Virus record (IMG/VR): IMGVR_UViG_3300047483_000428
Reading direction: 5' to 3' (one strand)
From: a virus
Taxonomy: Duplodnaviria > Heunggongvirae > Uroviricota > Caudoviricetes
DNA: 30,968 nt
The notes under the pieces were generated by a model, which saw only the letters and a program-made list of their open reading frames with translations, was not told the DNA's origin and made no database searches. The translations under genes were made by a program, and so were the position numbers. Shown here piece after piece: positions 8,649 through 16,815 of this stretch; position 1 is the first letter of the stretch; every line of letters begins with the position of its first letter.

Positions 8649-8806
8649 TCCGCAACCTCTCGCTCTACAACCTCATCACCGTCTTCAAGGTATTCATCAC
8701 CCATATATTCAGAATACGAGCGATACTTTTTGTTGAAAACGACTTTCATTTTTCTGACTACAACTTCAACGTAGCCATGGTCAGACGAGGGGACTAAAAC
8801 TTTCAT
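8645..8806 (-). CDS. 53-aa hypothetical protein (below track cutoff)
   Basis: MKVLVPSSDHGYVEVVVRKMKVVFNKKYRSYSEYMGDEYLEDGDEVVEREVAE; start/stop overlaps at both ends. Confidence 0.6.
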   Translation of the reverse strand: MKVLVPSSDHGYVEVVVRKMKVVFNKKYRSYSEYMGDEYLEDGDEVVEREVAE

Positions 8807-9087
8807 CACAGGGGTCCGTACATAAGTTCGTTACGGGCTTTTTCCCAATCAAATTCTTCAATCGCACGTTCACCAGCGATGGGAGAATATTTACCCCAAG
8901 TAAATACGTAGTAGACTTTCACGTATTCCTCAAGACCTTTCATCTTGGAACGATCACTGGCCCAACCAACCGCACGAGTCACATCGGTAGTGCTACCAAA
9001 CACACCATCATAGTCCATCACGACATAACCAACGAAGTCGGTGGTTTCAGCGATGTTGAGGATTTCACGAGGGAAGGTCATTGGCAT
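8806..9087 (-). CDS. Hypothetical protein
   Basis: AAGGAG RBS; first gene after a GANTC-box promoter. Confidence 0.75.
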   Translation of the reverse strand: MPMTFPREILNIAETTDFVGYVVMDYDGVFGSTTDVTRAVGWASDRSKMKGLEEYVKVYYVFTWGKYSPIAGERAIEEFDWEKARNELMYGPL

Positions 9088-9113
9088 ATCTCCTTGTTGC
9101 CGATTACATAGTA

Positions 9114-9142
9114 TGTGTATCTGATTCGCGGGCGTTTGTCAA
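9114..9142 (-). promoter_or_regulatory. GANTC-box promoter
   Basis: TTGACA-8-CGAATCA-2-TACACA; box at 9122-9128. Confidence 0.75.
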
Positions 9143-9417
9143 GCAGAATATAGAAAAGATTCCAGAGGAATGTATACGCGACCTGGGATTTCCATTCGCT
9201 TCACGCATTCCTCTTGTTCTTCTGTTTCGGGAGCAAACACCAGACTATCAATCATAAAATAACCAGCAGCGCCATCCCAGACGCCACGAAACATCAACCC
9301 ATTTTTGGCTTTCATAATCAGCAATGGCTGATCTTCGTCGTCTGTTTTCGGAAACTCCGAAATAGGACGCATATAGTCCAGATAGTTTATACTCACTTCG
9401 TCCATTTCGTCTCTCAA
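9139..9417 (-). CDS. Hypothetical protein
   Basis: 92 aa, coupled to the upstream gene. Confidence 0.65.
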   Translation of the reverse strand: MRDEMDEVSINYLDYMRPISEFPKTDDEDQPLLIMKAKNGLMFRGVWDGAAGYFMIDSLVFAPETEEQEECVKRMEIPGRVYIPLESFLYSA

Positions 9418-9779
9418 TACATCAGGTAGGTTACAGCTTTGATGTTCGTTTCAGCTTCACCGATTTCAACTGCAACTTTCTTTGCTTCTTCAACCGCTTC
9501 AATGAAGGTAAGAGCATGGACCTTATAAGGAGTCATACGGCCAACAAACTTGACTTCCCAAACAGACTTGGGGACAACGGGTTCTGCTTTTGCTTCTTTG
9601 ACTTCATGCAGAACACTCACGTTCCGACGACCCATGCGGTCCCATGTGTGCGGCATATCGGCTTCAATTGTAGCACAGAACTTGTCAAATGCTTCTTCTG
9701 GGGTAGTAGCTTCAACTTCGAGTTCGACCGACATACCGCCAATAGGGCCATATTCACCGACGACAAGATACTTGGTCAT
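9414..9779 (-). CDS. Hypothetical protein, possibly two small repeated beta-alpha domains
   Basis: AAGGAG RBS; EVEATTPEEAFDK and KVHALTFIEAVEE resemble each other. Confidence 0.7.
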   Translation of the reverse strand: MTKYLVVGEYGPIGGMSVELEVEATTPEEAFDKFCATIEADMPHTWDRMGRRNVSVLHEVKEAKAEPVVPKSVWEVKFVGRMTPYKVHALTFIEAVEEAKKVAVEIGEAETNIKAVTYLMY

Positions 9780-9806
9780 TTCTCTCTCCTTGCTGACTAC
9801 AGATTA

Positions 9807-9835
9807 TGTATACAGTGATTCGTTCAGAATGTCAA
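9807..9835 (-). promoter_or_regulatory. GANTC-box promoter
   Basis: TTGACA-7-CGAATCA-3-TATACA; box at 9816-9822. Confidence 0.8.
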
Positions 9836-10098
9836 GCCCAAGATACTTCAATCCACACATCAACAAACTGTCGGTCTTCACTTTGAGTTGTCACATTGTA
9901 ACCAAGTTCAACAAGTTTTGCGTTCACTTCTGGGTTCTTGAACCGAGCCGAATATCCATGAAAGATACAGTGGTCATAAGGAACACGAATGTTCGTTTTG
10001 CCTTTGGTGGCAGCACTACGAACCATTTCATCAAGTTCCGCCAGAACTTTTTCAAGCGGTGGTCCAGCGAGTTCTTTTGCTTCTTTTGCACTAATCAT
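9832..10098 (-). CDS. Hypothetical protein
   Basis: 88-aa ORF; its stop overlaps the next -35. Confidence 0.7.
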   Translation of the reverse strand: MISAKEAKELAGPPLEKVLAELDEMVRSAATKGKTNIRVPYDHCIFHGYSARFKNPEVNAKLVELGYNVTTQSEDRQFVDVWIEVSWA

Positions 10099-10109
10099 TT
10101 CTTTTCCTT

Positions 10110-10391
10110 TCAGAGAAACATAGAACGTTCAATGGTGACAGGTCCACCCAAGTCTCGCACACGAAACTTTTTGCGAACAGAGTAACCATTTTCTTCGCAG
10201 AAGTTTTTATACCACTGTTCTTCGTCAATACACTGTTCGTTGGCAGCTTCCACGTTGGTGAACGACCACTTGAGTTGCCAGTTGTTGTCTGGGTCAATGC
10301 CGTTGAGACGATAATGTGCCTTGTGTTCTTCTGGCAAATCTTCCAGATATTCAACAACAAAACGATTGACGGTTTCAGTATAGGTATTCAT
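10110..10391 (-). CDS. Hypothetical protein
   Basis: 93 aa with GAGG RBS. Confidence 0.7.
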   Translation of the reverse strand: MNTYTETVNRFVVEYLEDLPEEHKAHYRLNGIDPDNNWQLKWSFTNVEAANEQCIDEEQWYKNFCEENGYSVRKKFRVRDLGGPVTIERSMFL

Positions 10392-10403
10392 TCTGTTTTC
10401 CTC

Positions 10404-10583
10404 TCAACGATCCCAGTTGTTTTCATTCAACCATTCTTGAACAGTCCCCCACACTATCAGATGAGTCAGAACTCCGATGGCGATTGCCCAGTTAGGGAGA
10501 ACAGCAGGGGCAAAAACCCACACAATGCCACCAAGAAAGAAAGGAGCAAGAATAGTCCAGAACATATAAAAAGCAAAGCGCAT
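10404..10583 (-). CDS. 59-aa two-TM membrane protein (below track cutoff)
   Basis: MRFAFYMFWTILAPFFLGGIVWVFAPAVLPNWAIAIGVLTHLIVWGTVQEWLNENNWDR; AAGGAG RBS directly after a promoter. Confidence 0.7.
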   Translation of the reverse strand: MRFAFYMFWTILAPFFLGGIVWVFAPAVLPNWAIAIGVLTHLIVWGTVQEWLNENNWDR

Positions 10584-10612
10584 CTATGTTTCTCCTTAGT
10601 GGCTACAGATTA

Positions 10613-10641
10613 TGTATACAGTGATTCGCCCTCACTGTCAA
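10613..10641 (-). promoter_or_regulatory. GANTC-box promoter
   Basis: TTGACA-7-CGAATCA-3-TATACA; box at 10622-10628. Confidence 0.8.
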
Positions 10642-10643
10642 CA

Positions 10644-10886
10644 TCAAAAGTAGTTGCGTTCCCAGTATTCTTCATTTTCTTTTTCAATGGCGACCCATTC
10701 ATCTATGAGTTCAAGAACAGTGTCGGGCGACACGATGTATGGTTCTTCCCAATCTGGGTCGTTGTGTGATGAATAAACAGAGCGACCGCCATACTGAACA
10801 TGAAAACATTCATTCTCATCTTCATATATACGAACTCCACCCCATTCTTCATAGGTGTTCCAGTTGGCTTCATATACAAGATTCAT
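10644..10886 (-). CDS. Hypothetical protein
   Basis: 80-aa acidic ORF coupled to the upstream gene. Confidence 0.65.
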   Translation of the reverse strand: MNLVYEANWNTYEEWGGVRIYEDENECFHVQYGGRSVYSSHNDPDWEEPYIVSPDTVLELIDEWVAIEKENEEYWERNYF

Positions 10887-11065
10887 GCTTTTATTTTGTA
10901 ACCTTCAGTTTCTATTCCATATTCGGCAAGTTCTTCAAAAGTTTTGATACTTCCGCATTCAACGAGGTCCAACAGACAACTATATTCTCGGTATCCTTCC
11001 CTTGAAATATAATCATTCTTTTGTTCTTCCAAAATCTGAAGAAGATTGGCTTTGCTGTCAGTCAT
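10883..11065 (-). CDS. Hypothetical protein
   Basis: 60 aa, GGGAG RBS after a promoter. Confidence 0.65.
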   Translation of the reverse strand: MTDSKANLLQILEEQKNDYISREGYREYSCLLDLVECGSIKTFEELAEYGIETEGYKIKA

Positions 11066-11090
11066 GATTATCTCCCTTTGTTACTTTACA

Positions 11091-11119
11091 CTTATAAGAT
11101 GATTCGTATCAAAAGTCAA
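11091..11119 (-). promoter_or_regulatory. GANTC-box promoter
   Basis: TTGACT-7-CGAATCA-3-TATAAG; box at 11100-11106. Confidence 0.7.
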
Positions 11120-11121
11120 AT

Positions 11122-11147
11122 AAAAAAGGCGACCGAAGCCGCCTTTT
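11122..11147 (-). terminator. Intrinsic terminator ending the nadV transcript
   Basis: Minus strand AAAAGGCGGC-TTCG-GTCGCCTTTTTT (cUUCGg loop plus U-tract). Confidence 0.85.
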
Positions 11148-11150
11148 CTG

Positions 11151-11342
11151 TTATTTTGTTAGCAATTCAAATACGTCATCTGGTAGAACACCGTTGTGTT
11201 TTCCTAACAGTGACACAGTTTTGACCGCAGCAAGTTTCTTGTTACGTTCATCATTTGCTTTCCATACAGCAGCCATCCAAGTAACATACTCTTTTGACGA
11301 AGTATCAAACAGGTCTTTTGGGATTGGAGGAAAATCACTCAT
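11151..11342 (-). CDS. Hypothetical protein downstream of nadV
   Basis: 63 aa, overlaps the nadV stop. Confidence 0.6.
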   Translation of the reverse strand: MSDFPPIPKDLFDTSSKEYVTWMAAVWKANDERNKKLAAVKTVSLLGKHNGVLPDDVFELLTK

Positions 11343-12753
11343 AGCGAGACACCATTTCAGTTTCAGGGTTCACAACCGCACGTTCACGGATTGCTTCAAA
11401 CGTATCTTCAAGAAGAAGGTCACCGTTTTCATATACAACCCGAAGAACTTTGTCTTCTTCACGAGCGTTCTTTTCTTCTACGGTTCGGAACCCGCAGCTT
11501 CCAATTCCACATTCGTGAACCAGTTCAAGGCGACCTTTCTTAGAAAGTTTACCTTTATCAGTGATTGGGTCTTTGTAAACATCAACCCAAACCCCATTCA
11601 CAAGTGCAGCAGAACACTTCATCGCAAACTTCTGGTCATCGCGTTGTGGAGCGCCAAGTAGAGCGCCACCCATACCAAATGCAACGTTGTCGGCACAGAA
11701 ACCATTTGCTTTCAGGCTTTCAAGAATAGCTTTGACACTATCCGAATTGATGCCATCACCTTGAATGATACGAACATGATTTAGAAGTTTGTAACCTTTT
11801 GCGTTTACAGTTGAACCAAAAGTTTTGTCCAACAGTTTTGCAACTTTTGTCACAACTTCAACTGGGTCACCAGAGTCGGGACGGACAACAAGAGTTGCGC
11901 CAGACTTGATTACTTCTTCGCGAAGTTCACCACCCCATAGATTTTCAACAGCGTTGAAAATATCATAGCTGTCAGAAACAACAGCAAGGATTGACCCAGG
12001 TTTAGCGAACTGTTTCAGCATATTTTTGTATGCTTTGACTTCGTTTTCGCGACCCCAAGAAGTAATGGTGCTATGTTCAGCAGCAGGAATAGAGAACCCT
12101 GCCATTGGCATTTTGTAGTAGCGTTTTGCACCAACTACAGCAGCAATAGTGTCAGTCCCCATAAAGCTGACCAAGTGAGCCATGCCGCCAAGAGTGGCAG
12201 ACTCATGCGAAGATGTTCCTCGCGCACCGAAGTCGTGTAGTTTGAAGTTGAGTCCAGCAAGATCGCCGCCAGTTTCAACCATGAACTTCTGAATGATTTT
12301 CTTGATTTCACGGCTGGTTGTGGCAACAGTGGTTGGATACCAGATTGCACGAAGCAATGCAGTTTCCAAGTAGGTGGTCAACCAGAAACACTTTGGATCG
12401 GTGTTTTCAACAGTAACCATTGCGTTGTGAACAGGAATCACAGTCCCTTCGGGCGCAGCTTTGATGCGAATAGGAAGTTTCCCGCCAAGTTCCTTGACGA
12501 TGTATTCCCAACCTTCACGATTGAATGGTTCCCCATGGCCAGTCCAGATTTCTTCTGCTTCATCCACATCTGCCATCGTGATTGGTTCAAGCAGATACTC
12601 TTTGATGAACGCTTGTAGTCCGAAGAACACAAGTTCATTGTATTTTCCGCCACGGCTTTCAATGTAGCTGAATACAGTTTCTGTATTTTCAGGGTATTGA
12701 ACGAACATTGACGCTTTGTAGCTGTCGGTATTTAGTAGTAGATTGCTTTTCAT
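11335..12753 (-). CDS. nadV: Nicotinamide phosphoribosyltransferase (Nampt)
   Basis: TDSYKASM, LHDFGARG, GTDT, SIPAAEHSTITSWG, VSDSYD, RPDSGDP, IIQGDG, FGMGG, KDPITDKGKLSKKG. Confidence 0.95.
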   Translation of the reverse strand: MKSNLLLNTDSYKASMFVQYPENTETVFSYIESRGGKYNELVFFGLQAFIKEYLLEPITMADVDEAEEIWTGHGEPFNREGWEYIVKELGGKLPIRIKAAPEGTVIPVHNAMVTVENTDPKCFWLTTYLETALLRAIWYPTTVATTSREIKKIIQKFMVETGGDLAGLNFKLHDFGARGTSSHESATLGGMAHLVSFMGTDTIAAVVGAKRYYKMPMAGFSIPAAEHSTITSWGRENEVKAYKNMLKQFAKPGSILAVVSDSYDIFNAVENLWGGELREEVIKSGATLVVRPDSGDPVEVVTKVAKLLDKTFGSTVNAKGYKLLNHVRIIQGDGINSDSVKAILESLKANGFCADNVAFGMGGALLGAPQRDDQKFAMKCSAALVNGVWVDVYKDPITDKGKLSKKGRLELVHECGIGSCGFRTVEEKNAREEDKVLRVVYENGDLLLEDTFEAIRERAVVNPETEMVSRYE

Positions 12754-12798
12754 AATAGAACTCCTCTATTGTTAGATTGCCAAACTCTCTGTTTGGAC
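12751..12798 (-). promoter_or_regulatory. Two-hairpin 5' leader of nadV
   Basis: CCAAAC-AGAGA-GTTTGG, then AATAGAG-GAG-TTCTATT abutting the ATG. Confidence 0.6.
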
Positions 12799-12802
12799 TT
12801 GA

Positions 12803-12833
12803 TGACATTACCACGTCATTGTGATAATGTCAA
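12803..12833 (-). promoter_or_regulatory. nadV promoter overlapped by a 12-bp-arm inverted repeat
   Basis: TTGACA-17-TAATGT; plus strand TGACATTACCAC-gtcatt-GTGATAATGTCA. Confidence 0.7.
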
Positions 12834-12837
12834 TAGG

Positions 12838-13149
12838 TTATGCAGCGGCTGGTCTGGATTCTTGCCATTCTTTTGTCCACCTTGGCAATTCACGATACCC
12901 AACAGGCCAATCATTTAGCCCAATATCAGTTAGTTTGCCGCAGCATGGACACTTGAATGATACGGCTGGTTCTTTTGTAAATATACCCCACCCCTCACCA
13001 GTTCCCTGATAATAACGAAGGTCATCGAACTCAAGTTCAAGCAATGCTTCGCATCCATTTTCGCCATTGCCCCATCCAGTGCATCGATGTTGCAGTGACC
13101 AAGTATTTTTTCCGTTTTTTCCCGCTTCAAGAATCTTCATTTTGCTCAC
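12838..13149 (-). CDS. Zn-ribbon-like small protein between nadM and nadV
   Basis: C...CEALL and CPCCG motifs; GTG start overlapping the nadM stop. Confidence 0.65.
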   Translation of the reverse strand: MSKMKILEAGKNGKNTWSLQHRCTGWGNGENGCEALLELEFDDLRYYQGTGEGWGIFTKEPAVSFKCPCCGKLTDIGLNDWPVGYRELPRWTKEWQESRPAAA

Positions 13150-14177
13150 CCAATGTTGATAAAGTTGTCGATGATGTGGAAGTGATCTTCAAACATCTTT
13201 TCTTGCTTCACGTCTTTGAACGGAACCCAGAACGCTTTTTCGGCATCATCCGAACCTTTCACTTTCGGCAGTTCACCAACGCCCAAATCAATGTGAAATG
13301 CTTGGGTAATGGTGCGACCACGAGACGAACGATTAGGAGCATCAAAAGTCTTGGAACCCTTGATAGAACCTTTCAGCACTGGGACAGGAACCTTGATTTT
13401 GGTTTCTTCTTTCAGTTCACGAATGGCACCATCCAGCATAGTCTCATCTTGGTTCAGGAAACCGCCAGGGAGCGCCCATTGGCCCTTGCCAGGCATGTCA
13501 CCACGCTTGACCAGTAGGATGTGTCCAGACTGCACTACAACGGCGTCTACGGTCATAAAAGTGGGCGGGAAAGGTGCAGCCTTCCATGCTTCTTTATACT
13601 TCTTGACCATGTTGTATTCTTGCTCAATAACTTTCCACTGAGCAGATGCAGATAGAAAAATGTCAAGCATCCTGCTTCTAGCAGCATCAGGCATCAAAGT
13701 TTTGAGATTCTCTAGCGTGTTACTATTAACTTCAAACAAAGATTTACGAATGTCAGTTGCGTTGATACCACCAACATCATCAACTTCAATATGATTCTTC
13801 CAACGTGGAAAGATGTTCAGGTAGTAGCTAGTGCTGTCTTTTGAATGGCCAATCAGACCAACATCTTGTGCATTCGGGACAGTAGCATCAACAATCTTTT
13901 GAATGGCGTTGACCCATTTGTTGTCGTCATATGGGTAATCTGACACAGGAACGACCTTCACACGAGTCGTGCGTTCAGTCTTACCTGGCGGATACACGGC
14001 TTCAATCATAGCCTTGCGTTCTTGGAATGTAAATGGATTTCGGATATTACGAGCAGCGAAGCTGGAACCTACGACTACAACAACTTCATGTGCTTGTTCA
14101 AGTGCAGCATCAATAACTGCTTTGTGTCCATTGTGAAACGGCTGGAACCGACCGATAAAAACGAGTGCGTCTCGCAT
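13146..14177 (-). CDS. nadM: Bifunctional NMN adenylyltransferase / ADP-ribose pyrophosphatase (NadM-Nudix)
   Basis: GRFQPFHNGH (HxGH), RNPF, NATDIR; Nudix box GGFLNQDETMLDGAIRELKEET; FEDH. Confidence 0.95.
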   Translation of the reverse strand: MRDALVFIGRFQPFHNGHKAVIDAALEQAHEVVVVVGSSFAARNIRNPFTFQERKAMIEAVYPPGKTERTTRVKVVPVSDYPYDDNKWVNAIQKIVDATVPNAQDVGLIGHSKDSTSYYLNIFPRWKNHIEVDDVGGINATDIRKSLFEVNSNTLENLKTLMPDAARSRMLDIFLSASAQWKVIEQEYNMVKKYKEAWKAAPFPPTFMTVDAVVVQSGHILLVKRGDMPGKGQWALPGGFLNQDETMLDGAIRELKEETKIKVPVPVLKGSIKGSKTFDAPNRSSRGRTITQAFHIDLGVGELPKVKGSDDAEKAFWVPFKDVKQEKMFEDHFHIIDNFINIG

Positions 14178-14224
14178 TGCAAAAACTCCTTTTGCTGTTA
14201 TGTGAAGGACTCTCTGTCCTTCAC
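14175..14224 (-). promoter_or_regulatory. Two-hairpin 5' leader of nadM
   Basis: GTGAAGGAC-AGAGA-GTCCTTCAC, then GCAAAAG-GAG-TTTTTGC ending 1 nt before the ATG. Confidence 0.6.
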
Positions 14225-14227
14225 TAT

Positions 14228-14258
14228 TATTTATACTTTATTTTCAAATATTTGTCAA
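14228..14258 (-). promoter_or_regulatory. nadM promoter; its -10 lies within a TATAAATA element
   Basis: TTGACA-17-TATAAA; TATAAATA at 14228-14235. Confidence 0.65.
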
Positions 14259-14261
14259 GCA

Positions 14262-15272
14262 TCATTCGTCATATTCAAACTCTTTTTCACGAGCGTTCAT
14301 TACATCCGTAGAAATCTTGTTGAGTAGACGATACTCTGCATATTCTTCTGACTGTGAACCTTGGTGCATAACAGGCATCCAAATCTTACGAGTTGCTTCC
14401 ATAAAGCTATTGACCATCTTACCAAGAAGTGCTTCGCGCATCAGTTCATACGCACCTTCTTTGTTTCCAGAAATAAACATTTCAAGAATAGGGTCAGAGA
14501 AGTTTACAATGTCTGCAAACCCACCACCAGCATAACCACTGCCAAATGCATGACCAAACGTATCTGACAGAATGTGGTCACGGCTTCCCTCAAAGAAATA
14601 CTGACGCATAAACAAGTCGTTTAGAATGTCACGCTGTTTTTGTGCGGTTTCATCATCGGCTTTGATGATGTCATTCACAGAGCCGAGTCGTGGCGATTTT
14701 TTATTTGCACAAAACTCCATATAGTCAGGAATCAATGTTGCAAGTTTTGCGTAGGTAATGTTCTTGAAATAGTATTGGTCAGTTTCCCACCCTTCTGGGA
14801 TTTCTGCATCTTTACGCTTATACCAATCAAACGTCCATTCATTCCACAGACGATCAACTACATCTTTACGAATCATAGTAAAGAAGACTTGTCTGTATTT
14901 TGGTTGACCTTCATATCCACGAAGTGGATTGTTCACACGAAGGCGTTTTTCATGAACAACTTCAAAGAAAGTGTCAATGTCAAAGCCTTCACGTTTTACA
15001 GCGATGTCATGATATTGATTTTCGCCAACTTCAAGTTCAATGAGGTTTTTGCGAATCCCTTCAACAATCAAGTCAAGAGCGACACCACTGCAATCTTCGC
15101 CCGCACCATAGTCATTGTATTTCGCACGAAACGGAATAATGACAGGATTATATAGTGCCGTAGAATAGCAAAAGCTATCTCGATACGATTCCACGATGGG
15201 GAATACGTATACTTCTTCACCAGAAATGATCGGTAGACTCGTTAGACCACAAGTTGCGTTCCAGCTTCCCAT
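14262..15272 (-). CDS. Hypothetical protein, 336 aa
   Basis: Long ORF with AAGGA RBS; N-terminal MGSWNATCGLTSLPI and YNDYG motifs; function not recognised. Confidence 0.85.
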   Translation of the reverse strand: MGSWNATCGLTSLPIISGEEVYVFPIVESYRDSFCYSTALYNPVIIPFRAKYNDYGAGEDCSGVALDLIVEGIRKNLIELEVGENQYHDIAVKREGFDIDTFFEVVHEKRLRVNNPLRGYEGQPKYRQVFFTMIRKDVVDRLWNEWTFDWYKRKDAEIPEGWETDQYYFKNITYAKLATLIPDYMEFCANKKSPRLGSVNDIIKADDETAQKQRDILNDLFMRQYFFEGSRDHILSDTFGHAFGSGYAGGGFADIVNFSDPILEMFISGNKEGAYELMREALLGKMVNSFMEATRKIWMPVMHQGSQSEEYAEYRLLNKISTDVMNAREKEFEYDE

Positions 15273-15283
15273 TGTGTATTCCT

Positions 15284-15859
15284 TTATTTGTTGTTACGGA
15301 TTGCAGTTGATAGATTGATAGTCAGGTTGATGCCACTACTCACATCTATCCAAAACTGAAGATGTTCATCGGAATCATAGAACGAGTTGTTGATTGCAGT
15401 TTCAAGCAGTTTCAACATAAAGTCAAGGTTTTTTTCTGCAAATGTGTTCACAGAAACATCGTATAGATACATACTTTCTTCCATAACCTTTGCATAGTTT
15501 ATGACAGTAGTATGAGTAGAAGCCAATCCATGCAAGTCTGCACGAATCATCCAACGAGTTGCTTCATCCATATGGGGCGTGATTTCATGATGTGCGGTTG
15601 CCAGAATGATTTCGGCAGCTTTTGTTCTGTTTGGATAGTATTTCAGCAACAACTGAGCAGAACGTTCTTCTTTCAATGGGTCTTTATCGTATACAACATC
15701 ATGAAACAACACGGCATAATCCAAATCCTCATCGTATGGAGCATTCATACGCTCTAAAAACATATAGCATTCTTGAATATGATCTGGGTTATGGTATGCG
15801 AGATTTTTGGCATACCATAACTCAGCAAATTTATTATTACCTAACCTAGACCATTGCAT
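15284..15859 (-). CDS. HD-superfamily metal-dependent phosphohydrolase
   Basis: YHNPDHI, LFHDVVYD, EERSA, RADL. Confidence 0.8.
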   Translation of the reverse strand: MQWSRLGNNKFAELWYAKNLAYHNPDHIQECYMFLERMNAPYDEDLDYAVLFHDVVYDKDPLKEERSAQLLLKYYPNRTKAAEIILATAHHEITPHMDEATRWMIRADLHGLASTHTTVINYAKVMEESMYLYDVSVNTFAEKNLDFMLKLLETAINNSFYDSDEHLQFWIDVSSGINLTINLSTAIRNNK

Positions 15860-16373
15860 TTTTCAGTTCCTTGCAGTTGCCATACAAATCAAAGATGGCA
15901 ACCACATCAAACCCTTCATCAATTTCAGGCTTCACGTAAGTATCCATCATACGATTGATAATATCAATCGGAATAGTCTTGCCAGGCCGACCAGCGAGGC
16001 GTTTCTGCCATTCGGCATAATCATCATCAGTAGCGGGCGGTTCAATGCACTCACACTCAACCCGATAACCAGCTTGTTTCATGCGATTGATGACCTTGCG
16101 CCGCTTACCGACACCAAGATTGGTTTGGTCCCAAATGATGGTGAGCTTGTCGCGAATGGCAACATCCAACCACTCGTTCATTTGCTTAGTGGCTTTGTCA
16201 ATATACTTGTCAAACGCGAAGTCATACGACCAGCCCATAGCGGCACCCCATTCTTCAATGAGGTTGTCTGTGCTGTAAACAAAAGCATCAGGCTCCATTG
16301 CAGCAAGCGATTGAACGCGAGTGCTCTTGCCGCTGGCAGGATAGCCAACCATGACAACACAGACAGGTTTCAT
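15846..16373 (-). CDS. P-loop kinase, AAA_33 / T4 PNK kinase-like
   Basis: GYPASGKST, STD, IWDQTNL...RRK, RLAGR. Confidence 0.8.
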   Translation of the reverse strand: MKPVCVVMVGYPASGKSTRVQSLAAMEPDAFVYSTDNLIEEWGAAMGWSYDFAFDKYIDKATKQMNEWLDVAIRDKLTIIWDQTNLGVGKRRKVINRMKQAGYRVECECIEPPATDDDYAEWQKRLAGRPGKTIPIDIINRMMDTYVKPEIDEGFDVVAIFDLYGNCKELKNAMV

Positions 16374-16570
16374 CGAATCGTCTCCATTACGTTTCCGCTT
16401 ACACGATAATATACGCTATATTCTTCGGTTTTGCAAGACCAAAAATCTTCATATTTGGTCAAAGCCTCATTTTCATTTTCAGCCATCACGATGCGAATGT
16501 CCTGAAACTCTTTGGGGTCGCACATATAATCAGTGCGATACACAGTGCCTTTGACCAAATACGGAATCAT
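16370..16570 (-). CDS. Hypothetical protein
   Basis: 66 aa, ATGA coupling. Confidence 0.6.
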   Translation of the reverse strand: MIPYLVKGTVYRTDYMCDPKEFQDIRIVMAENENEALTKYEDFWSCKTEEYSVYYRVSGNVMETIR

Positions 16571-16815
16571 AGTGCAGTTTCTTTCATATAACGAGTTGCG
16601 ATTTCAAATGCTTCATCCAGCGTAAAGCGAGTAGAGGCAATAAACTCTGGTGTTCGGCTGGAAGGCATAGCCTCAAAGATACGGTGAAGTCCTTTATCCA
16701 AAACAGTTGTTTCGAACACTTTCACACACCATTTATCTTGCCCACGCTTTTCAATGGTGACATCATCGCCAAGGTCAAACCGAGTTGCCAGTTTTAGCAT
16801 ATCATTTGGAGTCAT
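16567..16815 (-). CDS. Hypothetical protein
   Basis: 82 aa, coupled to neighbours. Confidence 0.65.
   Translation of the reverse strand: MTPNDMLKLATRFDLGDDVTIEKRGQDKWCVKVFETTVLDKGLHRIFEAMPSSRTPEFIASTRFTLDEAFEIATRYMKETAL

Larger units (their letters stand above)
7906..9835. repeat. Dispersed 38-bp direct repeat, copies at 7906-7943 and 9798-9835 (37/38 identical); 25-bp core also at 10604-10628
   Basis: TACAGATTATGTATACAGTGATTCGTTC(C/A)GAATGTCAA. Confidence 0.9.

Noticed and set aside
10091-10360. Alternative-frame minus-strand ORFs (10091-10360, 12135-12350, 12438-12662, 12930-13130, 16178-16360, 18219-18455, 26697-26912)
   Set aside because: They overlap better-supported genes in another frame, without RBS or motifs.
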